NCBI GenBank assembly: GCA_963815095.1 | Contig: CAWFFH010000002.1 | Coordinates: 1 to 11,024 of the forward strand | Length of the DNA: 11,024 nucleotides | Source of the DNA: Candidatus Bathyarchaeota archaeon | Lineage (GTDB): Archaea > Thermoproteota > Bathyarchaeia > Bathyarchaeales > Bathycorpusculaceae | Direction of reading: 5' to 3' | Shown: one piece after another, positions 7,631 through 11,024 of the stretch | How the letters are laid out: every line of letters begins with the position of its first letter | Position numbering within the stretch: the first letter of the stretch is position 1 | Position numbers and translations under genes: made by a program | Notes under the pieces: model-generated | What the model saw: only the letters and a program-made list of their open reading frames with translations | Databases searched by the model: none | Told to the model about the DNA's origin: nothing

Positions 7631-7897
7631 TAATTTCTTATTCTTCCTTTTTGTGTTTTTTAGATTGAGCTGCTCTAAACTCAAAAGAAGAAAAGTAATT
7701 GATCAAGGTTAGAAGCAAAGCGGCCTTTGCATTTTTGTTGAACTTGTCTTCAGAAAAAGTTGTTTTTTTCTGAATTATAAAAGGACTTGTTAGCAAGACT
7801 AACATCTTCAAATGATAGTTTTGTAATTGCGCCTGCACACTCACAGAGGTATATATCTCAGCATGATATATTTGAGTCGTTTGAGGAGATATTGGGT

Positions 7898-8113
7898 ATG
7901 AGGAGAAAGTTAAAAGGTCGATGTCCGTGCGGTTATAGTTTTGAAATCTTAGGCGATATATGTGAAGCCATATCTGTAGTACGGAGACATGTAGATAGTT
8001 TTCACAAAGATTTTCTCCCATTTGGAATAACAAATGATGAAGCGCTAGAACTTCTTAATAAGGGACATGAACTGAAGAACTCCTCAATTGCAAGGCCTCT
8101 TCAGTGCATATAA
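7898..8113 (+). CDS. Small putative metal-binding protein (CPCG...H-x4-H, DUF1059-like pattern)
   Basis: MRRKLKGRCPCGYSF...RRHVDSFH. ATG 7898 is preceded by GAGGAG and by TATATAT near 7850, so it is preferred over 7787. 71 aa. Confidence 0.65.
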   Translation: MRRKLKGRCPCGYSFEILGDICEAISVVRRHVDSFHKDFLPFGITNDEALELLNKGHELKNSSIARPLQCI

Positions 8114-8245
8114 AAGTCCGCTTATAGAGTTAAAAAGCCAGTTTAAGGCCAATTTTTTTCATAGACCTTATGATTTAACGCTGGCTTAACCGAGCGAAAG
8201 GACTCTGGGCTAACTAAGATAGAGAAGCTTTTACTTTCTTTGTAG

Positions 8246-8761
8246 TCATGGAATCATTATTGTTGCTTGGTCTAATACAGTATCACCAATTCTTAATGTA
8301 ACATTAAGAGCATATCCACGTATTTTATAGGAGTCATCCATGTTATTTAGAGCAGCACCATGCAATTCTTTTACTTCCCCTTGTTGTAAAGGACTTAGGA
8401 ACCATGGTTGCCCCATCTCAATGAATCCTTGGTCAGCGGGATTAGCATTATTAAAGAATCTAATTGTTCTAGTCATATTATAGGGGCTTTCACTGACAAA
8501 AGTCAAAGTCAAGTTATCTACTCTTTGTGTTTCATTGTTTGTAACTTCAATAATAAACCCAGCATGCCAACTTAGCCCTTCTGCAGGAAAGAAACCAGTA
8601 AAGTGAAAATTTGTAATATGGACATTAGAAATAGGTTTCATTGAAGGTGTAGGAGTCTGTATATTACTTGTTTGAGGATTGTTAAAGAGTGATGATAGAA
8701 TTAAGACGAAGACTAAGACAACTGCAATTGAAATAACTATAGATAGTCTAATCTTATTCAT
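8246..8761 (-). CDS. Hypothetical exported/membrane-anchored protein, beta-rich (possibly Ig-like) domain
   Basis: N-terminal hydrophobic helix, a Pro/Thr linker (QTPTPS), then a beta-strand pattern (FIIEVTNNETQRVDNLTLTF, LQQGEVKEL, LNVTLRIGDTVLD) with N-glycosylation sequons. Confidence 0.8.
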   Translation of the reverse strand: MNKIRLSIVISIAVVLVFVLILSSLFNNPQTSNIQTPTPSMKPISNVHITNFHFTGFFPAEGLSWHAGFIIEVTNNETQRVDNLTLTFVSESPYNMTRTIRFFNNANPADQGFIEMGQPWFLSPLQQGEVKELHGAALNNMDDSYKIRGYALNVTLRIGDTVLDQATIMIP

Positions 8762-8809
8762 ACTCTCAGCTTACCACTATAGCAATAAGAGCTTTTTTGT
8801 CCACATCTA

Positions 8810-8840
8810 TTGACTAAGCCAAGTCAAGATTTCTTGACTA
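8810..8840. promoter_or_regulatory. Palindromic motif TTGACT-N6-AGTCAAG-N4-CTTGACT, copy 2
   Basis: Seen directly, ~49 nt upstream of the 8761 start. Same orientation relative to its gene as copy 1. Confidence 0.65.
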
Positions 8841-8875
8841 TCTTAAAGCATAATTAACCAGTGTTTTTCTGACAT

Positions 8876-9159
8876 AATTCTTAATTTCGTTGCATGGAAA
8901 TCGCTAACATGGCAAAAGCTGACAACAAAGAAACTGAAACAGTTAGACTGTTGAAACAGGTTTTAGTGGAGGGGAAAAGAAGGTGTTAAGCTAGTTTAGC
9001 CGTGTGCTAACGTCGATAAGGCAAAAGAGGGGCACATACATGCTTATCTCTTATTAGCAGCCAAACCAGCCCAACTATAGGGGCTTGTCGGACTATGTCT
9101 GACCAGTATTACCGATTGAAAATAATATAAAATAATGCTGTCACAAACTGAAACAACAA
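8876..9159. repeat. 284-bp direct repeat, copy 2
   Basis: 280/284 identical to 3224-3507. Confidence 0.97.
8974..9104 (-). ncRNA. Putative structured small RNA within repeat copy 2
   Basis: Identical in sequence to 3322-3452. Confidence 0.5.
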
Positions 9160-9165
9160 TAAAAA

Positions 9166-9402
9166 TTAGTTGTCCTGAACTATCATAAGTGTTAGTGAAC
9201 TGTTTACGCCTGCGATTGGTTTTATTCGTTGTTTGGTTATTTCTTTTAGTTTATCAACGGAGTTGCCTTTGATTTTGATTAATAGATCGTAGACCCCGTA
9301 AAGTGCGTGTGCTTCTTCTACCCCGTCTACAAGCTTTAGGCTTTCTAGTATTTTGTCTTGGGTACCTGAATCCGTATTTAATAGAACAACTGCAGAAATC
9401 AT
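9166..9402 (-). CDS. Stand-alone Lrp/AsnC ligand-binding (RAM) domain protein
   Basis: 78 aa, AVVLLN...GVEEAHALYGVYDLLIKI...IKPIAGVNSSLTLMIV. No N-terminal HTH. Confidence 0.92.
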   Translation of the reverse strand: MISAVVLLNTDSGTQDKILESLKLVDGVEEAHALYGVYDLLIKIKGNSVDKLKEITKQRIKPIAGVNSSLTLMIVQDN

Positions 9403-9760
9403 ATCTTTAACCTCGCTGTTTTGAGTCTATCTTGAAACAGCATAATTAAGATGTGTTGTTGCTTACGTGAAGCCACAACCGCTAACTAAGAGGTATGAAC
9501 CATTCATGAAGGTTCAGTTCGATGGGCTATGCAACTTTTGGATGATGTAGTGAACAAGAGAAGGCGCTTGAGCGATTACTCTCCTAAATTTCTGCGGACA
9601 CGATCTCTTTCTCAAAAAGAGGCTTCAAAGAAGAAAATACACAATTCCAATGATTATAATTTATCGCAAAGCAGGAAAAATCACAGTAAACAAATATAGC
9701 CTAAACACCAGATTAATAAAAACATCATAAGCAGAAATAGAAGCTAAGTGGGCACCCGTC

Positions 9761-11024
9761 TTGAAAAAATTAGTGACATTGATTGCAGTTACGATGCTAA
9801 TCATTGTTGTTTTAGTTTCAGCGCTATTCGTAGAATCAAACAAAACCGCTTCATCAAACGGTAACACGAACAAGCCATTCTATGTAGGCGTAACCTTTGG
9901 CGGAGAAAATAGTACCGATGCGAAACACCTAATCGATAGAGTGAAAGACTACACAAACTTGTTTGTTATAGCATCAGGTCCTTTACAGTATAATATTGCC
10001 GAACTAGAGCGTACTTGTGACTACGCAGTTAAATCAGGATTAGACATCATCGTTTACTTCGGTTCTTATGAATCGCAGAGAAATACCACCATAGACTTCA
10101 GTGATACTGCAAAGGAACGATGGGGTAACCACTTCTTAGGAATTTACTATGGAGATGAACCAAGCGGGAAAGCACTAGAAAACCGTTTGAATTTACAAAA
10201 TGTCCCTAACTTAGGGAATGTAACCAAAGACCAATTAGGGATTGAGATTAGCCAGACTGTCGGATCTAGCTGGAATAACAAATATTTTAGTTATTCAGGT
10301 GAAATTGATATAAATTGTTATGACCCGCCAAATAGCAACATGACAACTTACTATCCAAATGGAACAGTTACATTATCAAAAAGCTATGCCGATGATAATG
10401 CCAGAAATGAATTCTTAATTTACCTACCAAACGGAACAACACTAAAACAAGAAAGCTCTCCACCTGCAAACAATAATTACATAGTTGACCAAAATGGAAC
10501 AACTATTCTCCAACAAACAACACATATCCCCTGGCCAACACTAACCTATTCAATTGTAGAGGATAAAGGTAACTTCTCCCAATTTGAACCATACCTGCAA
10601 CTGTGGAATTCAAGACCATTCCAAACAATAGATGATTTATCAACAGTAGCTAAATCGTATGTAAGTACCCAACAAGAAACGACGAACTGGATAACTAATC
10701 AAAGCAACGTTAAACTTTTCACTTCTGATTATGTACTTCATTGGTGGGATTACCAAATAGGCTATGACACAGTTTTTGCTGAACTAGGTTGGAACAACAC
10801 AGTATCCCAAGAAATCGGTCTTGTGAGAGGAGCAGCGAATTTGCAGAATAAGAGTTGGGGAACAATCATCACTTGGAAATACACACAGCCACCTTATTTG
10901 ACAAGTGGCGATGAGATGTATGACCAAATGCTTACATCATATGAGTGCGGTGCTAAGTATGTGGTGGTTTTTAACTACGCTAATGGCATGGATGGTCCGT
11001 ATGGGATATTGCAAGATGAGCATT
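9761..11024 (+). CDS. Secreted/anchored hypothetical protein, possibly glycoside-hydrolase-like TIM barrel, 3'-partial
   Basis: Not in the ORF track because it has no stop in the window. Hand translation from TTG 9761 is open for 421 codons: MKKLVTLIAVTMLIIVVLVSALF..PFYVGVTFGG..LIDRVKDYTNLFVI..CDYAVKSGLDIIVYFG..FLGIYYGDEPSGK..LFTSDYVLHWWDY..GYDTVFAELGWN..RGAANLQNKSWGTIITW..GAKYVVVFNY. Confidence 0.85.
   Translation, partial: MKKLVTLIAVTMLIIVVLVSALFVESNKTASSNGNTNKPFYVGVTFGGENSTDAKHLIDRVKDYTNLFVIASGPLQYNIAELERTCDYAVKSGLDIIVYFGSYESQRNTTIDFSDTAKERWGNHFLGIYYGDEPSGKALENRLNLQNVPNLGNVTKDQLGIEISQTVGSSWNNKYFSYSGEIDINCYDPPNSNMTTYYPNGTVTLSKSYADDNARNEFLIYLPNGTTLKQESSPPANNNYIVDQNGTTILQQTTHIPWPTLTYSIVEDKGNFSQFEPYLQLWNSRPFQTIDDLSTVAKSYVSTQQETTNWITNQSNVKLFTSDYVLHWWDYQIGYDTVFAELGWNNTVSQEIGLVRGAANLQNKSWGTIITWKYTQPPYLTSGDEMYDQMLTSYECGAKYVVVFNYANGMDGPYGILQDEH

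Noticed and set aside
7638-8033. 131-aa minus-strand ORF
   Set aside because: It is antisense to the better-supported CPCG protein and has no motifs.
8135-8187. Inverted repeat AAGCCAG/CTGGCTT around a T-run between convergent genes
   Set aside because: The stem is short with a large loop. At most it is an ordinary terminator region.
9661-9873. 70-aa minus-strand ORF
   Set aside because: It is the antisense shadow of the signal-peptide region of the plus-strand gene starting at 9761.

Overview
Archaeal genomic window, most likely Bathyarchaeia/TACK (inferred from gene content and style). Left: a three-gene operon encoding an inactivated RadA-like protein (5'-truncated by the window), a small helical protein and a PolB2-group B-family DNA polymerase with degenerate motifs. 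Middle: two 284-bp direct repeats (3224-3507 and 8876-9159, 4 mismatches) bracket a ~5.4-kb accessory block. The block holds a C39-like cysteine peptidase with a C-terminal PIP-box-like motif coupled to a tandem winged-helix protein, a membrane-anchored 8-repeat PQQ-like beta-propeller, a 4-TM protein, a small CxC/H-x4-H metal-binding protein and an exported protein. Each repeat contains a G.U-rich stem-loop that looks like an unannotated ~130-nt minus-strand RNA, plus a short convergent ORF. Two minus-strand surface-protein genes share a 31-bp triple-half-site upstream motif. Right: a stand-alone Lrp/AsnC ligand-binding-domain gene and a divergent secreted protein (3'-truncated, absent from the ORF track). 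No integrase, transposase, tRNA, rRNA or CRISPR array was seen.
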